64,000 nt of DNA from Candidatus Uhrbacteria bacterium (GCA_016188495.1 JACPHU010000002.1:111466-175465), one strand, 5' to 3'. Counted from the first letter of the stretch, positions 39,399 to 49,072 are shown. The notes: generated from the letters alone by a model not told the origin. Translations and numbers: made by a program.

Positions 39399-40751
39399 AT
39401 GCCTGAACGTATGATTAAGCCGTTTCTTCGCAAAATCATTCCAGAGCCTTTGATAAGCGTTTATCATCTTATTTTGGCGCATGTAGCGGCTTTTTATTAT
39501 GGATATCCTTCACAACAGTTGATTGTGATCGGAGTGACTGGCACCAATGGAAAATCTACCACCGTTCAATTTATCGGGCGATTGTTGGAACACGCAGGCG
39601 AGAGAGTAGGTTGGACCAGTACGGCCAGTTTTAAAGTGGCAGATCACGAATGGGTGAACGATAAGAAAATGACCATGCTCGGACGTTTCCAAACGCAGAA
39701 ATTACTTCATCAAATGGTCAAATCAGGTTGTCGTTATGCGATTGTGGAGACTTCTTCTCAGGGTATTGCCCAATTTCGACATGTCGGCATCAATTATGAT
39801 ATCGCTGTATTCACGAATTTAACCCCCGAACACATCGAGGCTCATGGGGGATTTGAAAATTATAAAGCGGCAAAGGGAGCTTTTTTTGCGTCGTTAAAAA
39901 AAGGTTTGCGAAAAAAAATAGACCGGAAAGAAATAGACAAAACAATCATTGTGAATCTGGATGATCTACATGCGGAATACTTCCTTTCTTTTGGCGCAGA
40001 TCGTTCTACAGGATTTAGCATGCGCAATACACAACGACCTTTTGCACGTTTGAATACAGCACCTGTGATTGCGACAGAAGTACAATTTTCAGGAACCTGT
40101 ACACTGTTTACCTACGACGATCTCTTGTTTCATTTCAAACCTATCGGCCCATTTTATTTTTACAATCTTCTCGCTGCCATGACCGTGGCTCGTGAATTGG
40201 GGGTTGGTTCACAAGCACTGCGTGCGGCTGTTGAATCGCTTGAGCCTGTTCCGGGTCGTTTAGAGAACATCGATGAAGGACAACCATTCACGGTCATTGT
40301 TGATTACGCGTATGAGCCAGCGGCACTTTTGGCCCTTTACCAAGCGATTGCGTTGATAAACCACGAGCGGATCATTCATATTTTAGGATCTGCAGGCGGG
40401 GGAAGGGATGTTGCTCGTCGTCAGGTACTGGGGCGTATGGCTGCCCAGAACGATGATATTGTGATTGTGACCAACGAAGATCCTTATGATGAATCTCCGA
40501 TGCAAATCATTACAGATGTCGCCGATGCGGCACAGCAGGAAGGTAAAAAAGATGAGACAGATCTTTTTCGTATTTTAGATAGGGAAAAGGCGATCGAATA
40601 TGCCATTGCCCTTGCTCAACCGAAGGATCTTATTTTAATTACAGGTAAGGGCAGTGAGCCTGTTATGGCTGTGGCTCAAGGAAAAAAAATTCCTTGGGAT
40701 GATCGTCTGGTCGCCCGAAAAATTCTCAAAAAACAGTATGGAAGCACCTAA
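39399..40751 (+). CDS. murE: Mur ligase family, MurE-like (UDP-MurNAc-L-Ala-D-Glu:diamino acid ligase)
   Basis: P-loop 'IGVTGTNGKSTT'; 'TNLTPEHIEAHGGFENY'; C-terminal 'VTNEDPYDESP'. Start chosen at 'MPERM' rather than the ORF-track 39006. Confidence 0.7.
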   Translation: MPERMIKPFLRKIIPEPLISVYHLILAHVAAFYYGYPSQQLIVIGVTGTNGKSTTVQFIGRLLEHAGERVGWTSTASFKVADHEWVNDKKMTMLGRFQTQKLLHQMVKSGCRYAIVETSSQGIAQFRHVGINYDIAVFTNLTPEHIEAHGGFENYKAAKGAFFASLKKGLRKKIDRKEIDKTIIVNLDDLHAEYFLSFGADRSTGFSMRNTQRPFARLNTAPVIATEVQFSGTCTLFTYDDLLFHFKPIGPFYFYNLLAAMTVARELGVGSQALRAAVESLEPVPGRLENIDEGQPFTVIVDYAYEPAALLALYQAIALINHERIIHILGSAGGGRDVARRQVLGRMAAQNDDIVIVTNEDPYDESPMQIITDVADAAQQEGKKDETDLFRILDREKAIEYAIALAQPKDLILITGKGSEPVMAVAQGKKIPWDDRLVARKILKKQYGST

Positions 40752-41259
40752 GTTTATTGAACTGAAAGCTCATGAGGAGGTCCTGGAAGTTGTGTATGCC
40801 TCTATGATTCCTCGCCTGCCACGCGTGACGCTTCTGGTTGTCTGGATCCTTTTACCTTTTTTCTTTCTTTTCCCTTTGTGGCGAGAAGGGGGAATTGGAT
40901 TGGCTATTTTTGCGATATGGCTTTTTTCAGGCGTTCTTTTGCTTGTGCGCGCATACCTGACGTGGTCACGGACCGTTTTTGTCGTGACAGATATGAGGGT
41001 GATTGATTATGATCAAAAAGGTTTTTTCCATCGCGTCGTCACTCAAACACGTTTTGATCAGATCGATGAAGTGAGCTATCACATAAAAGGAATTTTTCCT
41101 ACACTGTTTGGATACGGAACACTCCAGCTCCAATTGCAGGGTTCTTCAGCAGATATTCAGGTTGAGCAAGTAAAACGTCCAAATCGTATCGCAGATCTGA
41201 TCAATGATTTGCGTCGTGAAAGTGAAATTTCTGACTCAGCATTGCATGCCAATCCCTAA
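40738..41259 (+). CDS. Bacterial PH-domain (bPH_2/YdbT-like) membrane protein
   Basis: Two TM segments then 'RTVFVVTDMRVIDYDQKGFFHRVV...GTLQL'. Start overlaps murE stop by 14 nt. Confidence 0.6.
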   Translation: MEAPKFIELKAHEEVLEVVYASMIPRLPRVTLLVVWILLPFFFLFPLWREGGIGLAIFAIWLFSGVLLLVRAYLTWSRTVFVVTDMRVIDYDQKGFFHRVVTQTRFDQIDEVSYHIKGIFPTLFGYGTLQLQLQGSSADIQVEQVKRPNRIADLINDLRRESEISDSALHANP

Positions 41260-41704
41260 GTCTTCATTTATTCAACGAATGGTTCGATGGCGATTCTTGA
41301 TCGTACTGAATATTTTTGTCATTGTTTTTCTGGGAATTTCTTTTGGCCGGGAGATTATTCGTAATCATTCTATCGGGTCAGAAATTGCCCGGCTGCAAGA
41401 ACAGGCTGATTCGCTTGCGGCTAAAAATATAGAAATTTCTGAGTTAAAGACAGCTATTCAAACAGAATCTTATATTGAACGTGAAGCACGTTTAAAACTT
41501 GGAATGAAAAAACCTGGAGAAACCGTCTACGTCATCCAAGAACAAACCCAAGATCAATCTCAGACAGCTACAACAGATGATCCAAATGATCCATTAGGAT
41601 TGGTTATTCAAGATTCGGAGGATGCTGAGGCAGTTGCGAATCCAACCAAGTGGTGGTATTACTTCTTTGATAAACAATCCTATAATACGTTTAGGGATCT
41701 CTAA
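41246..41704 (+). CDS. ftsB: Septum formation initiator (FtsB/DivIC-like) cell division protein
   Basis: TM + coiled coil + 'YIEREARLKLGMKKPGETVYVI' signature. Confidence 0.65.
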   Translation: MPIPKSSFIQRMVRWRFLIVLNIFVIVFLGISFGREIIRNHSIGSEIARLQEQADSLAAKNIEISELKTAIQTESYIEREARLKLGMKKPGETVYVIQEQTQDQSQTATTDDPNDPLGLVIQDSEDAEAVANPTKWWYYFFDKQSYNTFRDL

Positions 41705-41852
41705 AAATGGCGTCTTTTCGTTTCATGGGCGCCCGCCGACCCCACTCTCCCTATGGGGAATAGGGTTCGCGGGGCTCGACCCGCCCGAACGAACGTTCGA
41801 CGGTCGGGCGGGCAGCCCATTCAACGAAAATCCATCCATTTTTAGAGATCCT
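41693..41852. repeat. Palindromic repeat element, copy D (divergent right end), between ftsB-like and PPIase genes
   Basis: Outer IR 'agggatctctaaaaatgg' / 'ccatttttagagatcc(t)t'. Core shares 'tttcatgggcgcccgcc' and '...gttcgacggtcgggcgggcagcccattcaa' with copies A and E. Confidence 0.7.
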
Positions 41853-41865
41853 TCATTAGTAAATA

Positions 41866-42854
41866 TGAATGATGAACCTCTCTGCGAACAGATCGTTGAT
41901 CCGTCAACCGAAGTGCCGGTTGAACACCAAGCGACCTCTCCAGTACCTACTTTTTCTAAACAGAAAACATTTTTACAAAATCCAAAAGTGAGGATTGTCG
42001 CCATTCTTTTGATTCTCGTTATCGGATTTTCATTGATGACTTGGCAGGTTTATGCTAAACCCGTCACCGACCCTTTTGTTCGCAAGGTCGTTCAGATCGT
42101 TCCTTATCCCGCTCTTTCTGTAGAGGGAACAACTGTGAGCATGAAGGATTTTCTCACCGAATATGATTCATTGAGTCGTTATTTTGAAAGTCTTGAAGGC
42201 CAGACAGCCCCTCCTGCCGATCAGTTAGAGGTTGCGATTGCCGATACTCTTGTAAACAAACTAGCGATTCAAAAACTAGCAAAAAATGACGGAATCACAT
42301 TAGACCAGGATCGAGTAGAAAAATATTACCAGGACATCTTGTCCTCTCAAGAGAGCGAAGAAGTCTTTACCAAAAATCTCCAAGAGACCTTTGGATGGAC
42401 TCCAGAAGAGTTTAAATCTCGCATTGTCGATTCTATTGTGTTGGCGTTGCAGATGACAGATGCTGTTCTCAATAATGAAGAGCTTCAGAAAGAGCGGTTA
42501 GCTCTGATCCAGAGCGCTTCTGAACGAGTAAAGACAGGAGAGGATTTCGAGACGGTCGCTAAAGAAGTTCACGCCTCGTTTAACGGCATTGAAAGCGATT
42601 TAGGCTTTATTCAAAGTTCCGTCATTCCAGAAAGCTGGTCCAGTCAGGTTCAGTCTCTTGAAGTGGGCGACGTGACAGAAATCATTACCTTGCCAGAAGG
42701 ATATGTGATTTTTAAACTGCTAGATCGTACGGGGGAAGACGACCAGACTCAACTTCATTTGCTTTCTATTACCGTTCCCAAGCAAAATCTTGAAGAAGTC
42801 GTAGACGCCTATTTAGATACCGTCACGGTTAAACGTTACGTCGGAGAGAAATAA
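41866..42854 (+). CDS. Membrane-anchored parvulin-type peptidyl-prolyl isomerase (PrsA/SurA-like foldase)
   Basis: TM 'VRIVAILLILVIGF'. Parvulin-like 'VKTGEDFETVAKEV...DLGFIQSS...YVIFKL'. Start chosen after repeat element D, not at the ORF-track 41622. Confidence 0.6.
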
Positions 42855-42963
42855 AAACCCATTTTAAATTTATAAAGGAAAAGTGCTACTGATGAGGCAC
42901 TTTTTCTCTTGATCTTCCTGATAGCTCCTGTTATTATTTTCGGGTCTTAGAATATATCTTCAT

Positions 42964-43105
42964 GCTGTGAATGATGAAACTCGATGAGATTGTCTTGAAT
43001 GGGCTGCCCGCCCGACCGTCGAACGACTGAACAGGATTGATCGTCGTTCAGTCGGGCGGGCGGGCGCCCGAAAACCTCAAGATCGCGAGTTTCATCATTC
43101 ACAGC
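42964..43105. repeat. Palindromic repeat element, copy E (inverted orientation), ending 4 nt before tRNA-Thr
   Basis: Outer IR 'gctgtgaatgatgaaactcg' / 'cgagtttcatcattcacagc'. Core is the reverse-complement arrangement of copies A/D ('atgagattgtcttgaatgggctg...gggcgggcgcccgaaaacctcaagatcg'). Confidence 0.75.
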
Positions 43106-43109
43106 TCTT

Positions 43110-43185
43110 GCCACTGTAGCTCAGTTGGTAGAGCAATGCTTTCGTAAAGCAGAGGTCGGCGGTTCAAATCCGCCCAGTGGCTCCA
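43110..43185 (+). tRNA. tRNA-Thr (anticodon CGT), CCA encoded
   Basis: Manual cloverleaf: acceptor GCCACTG/CAGTGGC, D-stem GCTC/GAGC, anticodon stem ATGCT/AGCAG, loop TTCGTAA, T-stem GGCGG/CCGCC. Confidence 0.85.
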
Positions 43186-43256
43186 GAAAAACTCTCATGT
43201 CTATGGGAGTTTTTCTTTAAAACAAAAAGAACTCTTTTCCAAGGGTTCTTTTTGTT

Positions 43257-43330
43257 TGGAGCGGGATACGGGAATTGAACCCGCTTCTTCAGCTTGGGAA
43301 GCTGACATATTACCAGTGTACGAATCTCGC
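43257..43330 (-). tRNA. tRNA-Gly (anticodon CCC), CCA encoded; one A-C mismatch in acceptor stem
   Basis: Manual fold on the minus strand: anticodon stem TCAGC/GCTGA with loop TTCCCAA; T-loop TTCAATT. Short D-loop typical of tRNA-Gly. Confidence 0.7.
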
Positions 43331-43340
43331 AGAAGATATT

Positions 43341-44279
43341 TTATCTTTCTATAACAGCCATTTCTTTTATTTCTTTCATTGCTTGTCGATAGCGTTGTTG
43401 TTCTTGTTCCATTCGTTGTTTTTGAGTTTGAATTTTTTCCTCGATTTCTGGCGATAGTTGAATTTCTGGATTTCCAACCAAACGTCGTAAGAGTTTACGC
43501 CATGTTGGATTTTCAATAGATTCCAATTCTTTTATCTGTTTATAGCGAGGTTTAATAAAAGCTCCTTTGTGGTCACTAATGGATGGTGGTGACGGATATT
43601 TTCGTTCGGCATCAGTCTCGACACCAAGGGGTTTGAAGATAAGATCATCACGAGTATCTTCCTTTTTTCTAAAAGACCCAAGAATTGCAGCTTTGTCAAA
43701 AGAAGCAGTTGAGAACGCGTGTGTAAGTAAATTTTGTGCAAGGTCTAATGTTTGACCTGAAAAAATAAAACTATCAACGATTAAAATGCGTGGCGGAAGT
43801 GATTTGAATGTTTCTTGTAATTCGGTAATGAGCAATTTTAATTTTTTGTTTGCCTCTTCCTGCCGAAAAAGCATGTATTCTTCTTGTCTATCATATCCAT
43901 ATTTTTTTCTGGATTCTTTTTTTATTTCTTTCATCGTTTTTTTATCATAGTAATGATCGTAATAATATTGCATTTTGTCATATCCAGTGATGAGTTCTCT
44001 GCCTACTTTGATATATTTTATTTCTGGAAATTTTTTGTCTGGAAAACGATGTTGCCATCGCGCATGAAGCAAATGCGACCAGATTCGAGCGCCTTGATCA
44101 AGAAAAATAAGGGCGTCATAGTTGGTTTGAGAAAGTTGATCCAAAAAATGATCTGCAGCCTCAAGCATCAACTCGCGGTCTTTTGTGTCAAAAATTTCAA
44201 ATTTTGATTTTTCAACAGATTCCATTTTTTTCAATGCCGTTGTTTCTGGAATAAATTTAGATCCACCTTCTTTCATCAT
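43341..44279 (-). CDS. Phosphoribosyltransferase-like protein (type I PRT PRPP-binding motif), AT-rich
   Basis: 'ILIVDSFIFSGQTL' resembles the PRPP-binding loop. Confidence 0.45.
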   Translation of the reverse strand: MMKEGGSKFIPETTALKKMESVEKSKFEIFDTKDRELMLEAADHFLDQLSQTNYDALIFLDQGARIWSHLLHARWQHRFPDKKFPEIKYIKVGRELITGYDKMQYYYDHYYDKKTMKEIKKESRKKYGYDRQEEYMLFRQEEANKKLKLLITELQETFKSLPPRILIVDSFIFSGQTLDLAQNLLTHAFSTASFDKAAILGSFRKKEDTRDDLIFKPLGVETDAERKYPSPPSISDHKGAFIKPRYKQIKELESIENPTWRKLLRRLVGNPEIQLSPEIEEKIQTQKQRMEQEQQRYRQAMKEIKEMAVIER

Positions 44280-44352
44280 AGAGATACGTTAAGGTTTAAA
44301 ATTATCTTCCTCTTGTGAATGTCTGTACTGCCGGGTATCATATAAAGGAATT

Positions 44353-45159
44353 ATGAGCATGACAAGAATTCTTTTTTCCCTTTCATTTTTTTTTCTTTCA
44401 TTTTTCCTGACACCTGTTTTTGCTCAGGAATTGGAAACAGTGGTTTCAACTCAGTTTGATGCGGCAACGATCGTAAAAGGATATACACTTGAATCCAGCG
44501 ATACGATCATGCGATTGGGGATCCGTCCTGAAACACTCAATGTTTCTACCCGAGTGGATGTGAAAACATTGGATCCTTCTCTCATGCAAGATACGCTTGC
44601 TTCTTTTGTTCAAGATCCAAACAATCCCGTATCGCCTCCTGTCCTTTTGGGAAATATTTATCTTTTTGATATCCTTAATAAAGAAAGTTACGATGGAAGC
44701 GATTTCTTTTTTTTGGAGATCAAATATCCCCAAGAGCAGACAAATGATCAGGACTTGCACGGTCGCCGTCGCATTTTTTTCTTCAATGGAGTGAAAAGCG
44801 TATGGGAAGAGCTTCCATCCGAGGATAGTCCTGATACGAAGTCCGTCCGCGCACTTATCCATTTGCCGTATGCACGTTTGGCTATTTTTGAAGATCAGAT
44901 CCCTGAAATAGGAGAGGCGAGCTGGTATGGTTATGAAGGTTGCGATTGCGCGGCCTCGCCTGATTATCCACAAGGAACTTCTTTGCTGGTTACAAGCATC
45001 AGTGATCCTACCAAGTCAGTGACTGTGCGCGTAAATGATTATGGTCCTGATCGCACGGTTTTTCCTGATCGCATTATTGATTTGGATAAAACAGCTTTTG
45101 CTAAGCTGGCGCCGTTGGGAGCTGGAGTGATTCAAGTTCAAGTAACATTGTTGCCATGA
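44353..45159 (+). CDS. rlpA: RlpA-like (double-psi beta-barrel) septal lytic transglycosylase family protein, secreted
   Basis: Signal peptide. C-terminal DPBB 'ASWYGYEG...TSLLVTSISDPTKSVTVRVNDYGP...RIIDLDKTAF'. Confidence 0.75.
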   Translation: MSMTRILFSLSFFFLSFFLTPVFAQELETVVSTQFDAATIVKGYTLESSDTIMRLGIRPETLNVSTRVDVKTLDPSLMQDTLASFVQDPNNPVSPPVLLGNIYLFDILNKESYDGSDFFFLEIKYPQEQTNDQDLHGRRRIFFFNGVKSVWEELPSEDSPDTKSVRALIHLPYARLAIFEDQIPEIGEASWYGYEGCDCAASPDYPQGTSLLVTSISDPTKSVTVRVNDYGPDRTVFPDRIIDLDKTAFAKLAPLGAGVIQVQVTLLP

Positions 45160-45836
45160 TTCGTTTTAAAAATGTTTCCAAATTGTATCCGCCCAATATT
45201 ATTGGTCTGGATGGGATCAGTCTCCACGTTCAACCTGGAGAATTTGTTTCCATTGTTGGGAAAAGCGGAACCGGAAAATCCACGCTTGCCAAATTACTCT
45301 TCGCAGAAGAGAGGCCCTCTCGCGGGATCATCGAAATTGGGGGATGGGACATTACGCATATTCATGATCGGGACATTCCTTTATTACGCAGACAAATAGG
45401 AGTGGTTTTCCAAGATTTCAAGCTTCTTCAAAAAAAGACCGTGTACGAAAATGTGGCCTTTGCCCTTCAAGTAGCGGGGGTTCGTCCAAGACGAATTCGA
45501 GAGGTTGTTCCTCAAGTACTAGATATTGTAAATCTTGGGAATAAGCTTGCTCGTTATCCTAAACAGCTTTCGGGAGGAGAACAGCAGCGCGTGGCGATTG
45601 CTCGGGCTCTTGTTCATTCTCCAAAGATGTTGATTGCCGATGAGCCAACAGGGAATCTCGATACACTCAATTCGCGTGAGATCATGGACTTACTGAAAAA
45701 AATTAATGAATTTGGCACCACCATCGTCCTGGTTACACACGATCGGGAAATGGTAAATCGTCTCAGACGGCGTGTCATTACTCTTGAGGACGGGAAGATT
45801 GTGTCAGATGTAGAGGAAGGGCGTTATAAGCTTTAA
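45156..45836 (+). CDS. ftsE: Cell division ATP-binding protein FtsE
   Basis: 'GKSGTGKSTL', 'LSGGEQQRVAIARAL', 'LIADEPTGNLD'; followed by ftsX. Confidence 0.9.
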   Translation: MIRFKNVSKLYPPNIIGLDGISLHVQPGEFVSIVGKSGTGKSTLAKLLFAEERPSRGIIEIGGWDITHIHDRDIPLLRRQIGVVFQDFKLLQKKTVYENVAFALQVAGVRPRRIREVVPQVLDIVNLGNKLARYPKQLSGGEQQRVAIARALVHSPKMLIADEPTGNLDTLNSREIMDLLKKINEFGTTIVLVTHDREMVNRLRRRVITLEDGKIVSDVEEGRYKL

Positions 45837-45845
45837 AGGAGGAGT

Positions 45846-46760
45846 ATGTTTGTTTCTAGCTACCGTGTCGTAAAATTTGCTCTTCAAAATTTTTGGAGAA
45901 ATTTTTGGTTATCACTCATTACTCTGAGCATGCTTTTGCTCACGTTGTTTACGGTGAATATTCTCCTTGTATTGAATGTTGTCACAGATCGAGCTATTTC
46001 TTTGGTTGAGGATCGTGTTGAACTGTCTGTGTATTTTTATGATCAGACACAAGACACGACCTTGTCTTCCGCCGTTGCCTATTTGCGCGGACTCAGTCAG
46101 GTGAGAGATGTAGAGATTATTTCCGCGGACGAAGCTTATCAGCAATTTATTCAACGCCATGCAAACGATGCGCAGATCATGGCTTCTTTAGAGGAATTAG
46201 GCGAGAATCCGTTCGGTCCCACGCTTGTTATCAAAGCGGGTGAGGTGGGAGATTTTGAGATGATTATTGATGCGTTGGATAATCCTCAATTCCGGGACAG
46301 TATTCGTGAAAAGGATTTTTCCGATTATCAAAGTATTATTGAACGCATTCAATCAACGACAGATCGTATTCAAGTATTTGTTGTCATCCTTGCGGTTATT
46401 TTTCTCTTTATCGCCTGTTTGATTGTGTTCAATACGGTTCGTATTGGTATTTTTATCCATCGAGACGAGATCGGTATTATGCGATTGGTTGGAGCGAATA
46501 ATTGGTTTATTAAAGCTCCTTTTTTGCTTGAAATGGTCTTACTGAGCTTAATGGCGGTTGGGATAACGATCGGACTTATTTATCCCGCTCTTATTCTGAT
46601 TGAGCCGCAGGTGGGGGTATATTTCGGATCCCAATCAGCCGGACTGCTTGAATATTTTACTCAACACGGACTTCTTATTTTCGGCGGAGAATTTCTCGCA
46701 CTCGTCGTTATCACCTTTCTTTCAACAGGTATGGCGATGAAGAAGTATTTGAAGGTCTAA
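45846..46760 (+). CDS. ftsX: Cell division permease-like protein FtsX
   Basis: Four TM segments with a large first extracytoplasmic loop; synteny with ftsE. Confidence 0.8.
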   Translation: MFVSSYRVVKFALQNFWRNFWLSLITLSMLLLTLFTVNILLVLNVVTDRAISLVEDRVELSVYFYDQTQDTTLSSAVAYLRGLSQVRDVEIISADEAYQQFIQRHANDAQIMASLEELGENPFGPTLVIKAGEVGDFEMIIDALDNPQFRDSIREKDFSDYQSIIERIQSTTDRIQVFVVILAVIFLFIACLIVFNTVRIGIFIHRDEIGIMRLVGANNWFIKAPFLLEMVLLSLMAVGITIGLIYPALILIEPQVGVYFGSQSAGLLEYFTQHGLLIFGGEFLALVVITFLSTGMAMKKYLKV

Positions 46761-46795
46761 AATGTAGCGATCAAAATAATCGGGTTTAATCATTT

Positions 46796-47170
46796 ATGAC
46801 TTTAAAAAAACGAATTGAAATATCTGATTTTACAGCTATTTTTTCTCTCTCGCTTATTTTAGTTTGGATTTCTCATTTTTTATTTTTTACATTGACAGGG
46901 TCAAATGATATTAAAGATATTTTTGCCACAGGAGGTTTTCCCATAAGGTCTTTTTCTTATCCAGGTCCAGCGATGGGTAATGATCATGTTCCTCCCCAGA
47001 TGTGGGGAGGATTTGCTCTGAATATTCTTTTTTGGTTGTTTGTTTGTTCTTTTCTCTTTCAATTTTTTCCAGAAAAATATAAGTCAGAAAAAATAAGACG
47101 CATTATTTTTTGTAGCGCTATCATTCTTACTCTTTTTGGAAAGTTTTATTTTTTGTTGAAATTTGATTAA
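46796..47170 (+). CDS. Small hydrophobic hypothetical protein
   Basis: ORF with 3-4 TM segments; AT-rich. Confidence 0.4.
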   Translation: MTLKKRIEISDFTAIFSLSLILVWISHFLFFTLTGSNDIKDIFATGGFPIRSFSYPGPAMGNDHVPPQMWGGFALNILFWLFVCSFLFQFFPEKYKSEKIRRIIFCSAIILTLFGKFYFLLKFD

Positions 47171-47183
47171 AGAGACTTAATAA

Positions 47184-47207
47184 GTTCGAATCCCTGTCTA
47201 TACACCA
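47184..47207 (+). repeat. Orphan tRNA 3'-end fragment (GTTCGAATCCCTGTC...ACCA) in inverted orientation relative to tRNA-Gln
   Basis: 15/15 nt identical to the T-arm/acceptor 3' strand of the adjacent tRNA-Gln, followed by 'tatacacca'. There is no upstream sequence able to complete a cloverleaf. Confidence 0.55.
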
Positions 47208-47243
47208 AAGAAAAAACAACCGTCAATGACGATTGTTTTTTCT

Positions 47244-47317
47244 TGGTTCCCGGACAGGGATTCGAACCCCGATACCCAGGACCAAAACCTGGTGTCCTGC
47301 CTTTAGACGATCCGGGA
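47244..47317 (-). tRNA. tRNA-Gln (anticodon TTG), CCA encoded
   Basis: Manual fold: acceptor TCCCGGA/TCCGGGA, anticodon stem CCAGG/CCTGG with loop TTTTGGT, T-stem CGGGG/CCCTG (one G-U). Confidence 0.8.
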
Positions 47318-47328
47318 GCGTAGTGAGC

Positions 47329-47357
47329 GTACAAACAAGATCAGATCTTGTTTGTAC
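47329..47357. promoter_or_regulatory. 29-bp perfect palindrome GTACAAACAAGATC-A-GATCTTGTTTGTAC upstream of tRNA-Gln
   Basis: Perfect 14-bp arms with a 1-nt centre. Too tight a loop for an RNA hairpin, so more likely a dimeric protein-binding or cruciform site. Confidence 0.5.
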
Positions 47358-47368
47358 CGAACGGAGCG

Positions 47369-47490
47369 ACCGGATCTGGCTCGAAGAGACAGATCCGGGA
47401 TGTAAACGTATTCCTAGGATCTAACGTTCATCAGATCCGGGATGTAAGCTCATTGCTAAATGGCGAGATCTGTCTCTCTAGACAGATCCG
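47369..47490. promoter_or_regulatory. Array of five CAGATCCG(G)/CCGGATCTG motifs in both orientations (iteron-like)
   Basis: Copies at about 47370 (inverted), 47388, 47431, 47465 (inverted) and 47481. They form two additional 9-bp-stem inverted repeats. Confidence 0.5.
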
Positions 47491-47586
47491 TGAGCTTTCA
47501 CACTCACTGCATGTATCTTTGACCACGAAATAGTACCTAATCTCCCTTTTTCTTTCAAGAGCAGGAGATTAATTCTTTTTCCCTTG

Positions 47587-48420
47587 TTAATCAATGAATG
47601 TTTGTTCGAAAAGGATTTCTTTGCCATAAAAAAGTGAAGCTAAACCAGAAAGATCTTCGCGATTTGTTGTAAAGTACGTCCGTTCTCCTGTTTTAGATAA
47701 TCGTTCATCTAATTCCACATGTCTTTCCAGATAAGAAGCGAGACTGACGGCCGTGATGTCGCCTTGTGTCAAAAGATGGATTCCTGTTGGCAAATGAGCA
47801 CGAAACAGAGAAGAAACCAGGGGATAGTGGGTACACGCCAACAAGACCGCTTCTACTTGGGGATCTTGAATCAATAATTTTTGAACGCACTTTTTAACAA
47901 GCTGATCAGCCCGGTCACTCGTGTGTTCTCCTTTTTCAATCAGATCCACAAGATCAGGACAAGCGATTTGGGTCACTTTCATTTCCGGACGCAACTTATA
48001 GAGTTCATGAATATACGCTTGTGATTCAACAGCGGCAGGAGTGGCAAAAATTCCAACGCGTTTATTGTGTTTGGCCAAATATTCCGCTGCTGGACGAATA
48101 ACCCCTAATACGCGCCGATCTGGAAATTCAACGGGAAGAATTTCTTGTTGGATACGTCGCAACGCTTGAGCGCTTGCTGTATTACAAGCGATCACAACCA
48201 AAGGACATCCTTTTTTCAAGAGAAAACGAACACCTTGAAGGGTGAATTCAAAAATTTCCTCTTCTGACCGTACTCCGTAGGGTGTCCGTGCATTATCCCC
48301 AAGATAGATTGTTGAATAATGGGAAAGTCGTTCGTGAATAGGTTTAAGAATACTTAAACCCCCAAAACCAGAATCAAAAACACCAATCATAGTTTGCACA
48401 GGATAGCGAAAGTCTTGCAT
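47587..48420 (-). CDS. murI: Glutamate racemase
   Basis: 'IGVFDSGFGGLS' and 'VIACNTAS' motifs. Start placed at MQDFRY (the ORF-track ORF extends to 48645). Confidence 0.8.
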   Translation of the reverse strand: MQDFRYPVQTMIGVFDSGFGGLSILKPIHERLSHYSTIYLGDNARTPYGVRSEEEIFEFTLQGVRFLLKKGCPLVVIACNTASAQALRRIQQEILPVEFPDRRVLGVIRPAAEYLAKHNKRVGIFATPAAVESQAYIHELYKLRPEMKVTQIACPDLVDLIEKGEHTSDRADQLVKKCVQKLLIQDPQVEAVLLACTHYPLVSSLFRAHLPTGIHLLTQGDITAVSLASYLERHVELDERLSKTGERTYFTTNREDLSGLASLFYGKEILFEQTFID

Positions 48421-48502
48421 AAAGGGAAGTCTTTTTTTCAACAGTTTTTTGTGTGACCGTATTGGTTGGCATAAGAAGTTATTTATGGCACCATAGAGAC
48501 GT

Positions 48503-48997
48503 ATGTCAAAACCCATTTGTTTATTTATCGGTCGTTTCCAGCCATACCATATTGGACACCATATGGTCATTAAAGGAATGACAAAGGTGTGCCGCAAAGT
48601 GATTATTGGAATTGGAAGCTCAGATAAATCGGGAAGTAAACTCAATCCTTATACAGCCCAAGAACGTAAAGAAATGATTCAACAAGCCCTTCAAGATGAG
48701 GATATTATTCCGCTTTTTGATGTGGAGTTTATCAATCTTCCAGATCATCCGGATGACGACGTGTGGGCACAACAGGTTCTTGAGCATGCGAAACAGGTAG
48801 ATATGATTTGGACGGGGGATCCAGCAGTGAAAAAGTGTTTCGAAGGAAAAATTGAGATTAAGGAGATAAAAGAGGTTCCAGGAATCAGTTCCACCAGTAT
48901 CCGTGAAATGATCAAAAAAGGAGATTTAGACTGGAAGACAAAAGTTCCCGCTTCCGTTGTCAAAGCGGTACAAGATTTGGGAACGGATCGAATGTAA
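48503..48997 (+). CDS. Nicotinamide-nucleotide adenylyltransferase (archaeal/NadM-type cytidylyltransferase fold)
   Basis: 'IGRFQPYHIGHH' matches GRFQPxHxGH. Confidence 0.8.
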   Translation: MSKPICLFIGRFQPYHIGHHMVIKGMTKVCRKVIIGIGSSDKSGSKLNPYTAQERKEMIQQALQDEDIIPLFDVEFINLPDHPDDDVWAQQVLEHAKQVDMIWTGDPAVKKCFEGKIEIKEIKEVPGISSTSIREMIKKGDLDWKTKVPASVVKAVQDLGTDRM

Positions 48998-49072
48998 CCT
49001 ATTCAACTTGACAGAATTCCTTATTTTTTGCAGAATTTGATTAATTAATTCTTTTTAGAAGGAAAATATCTT

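Noticed and set aside
41622-41865. N-terminal 80 aa of ORF 41622-42854 and other frames overlapping repeat element D
   Set aside because: The translation runs through the palindromic repeat; the PPIase homology begins after the ATG at 41866.
42964-43105. Hammerhead ribozyme in the palindromic repeat elements (CTCGATGAG ... GAAA on the appropriate strand)
   Set aside because: The conserved block reads CUCGAUGAG, not the invariant CUGAUGA core; one extra nucleotide breaks the catalytic core, and no proper stem II plus GAAA arrangement could be drawn.
47211-47243. Hairpin between the small membrane gene and tRNA-Gln as a terminator
   Set aside because: The stem is almost entirely A/T with interior mismatches; too weak to call confidently, though it may act as a bidirectional terminator.
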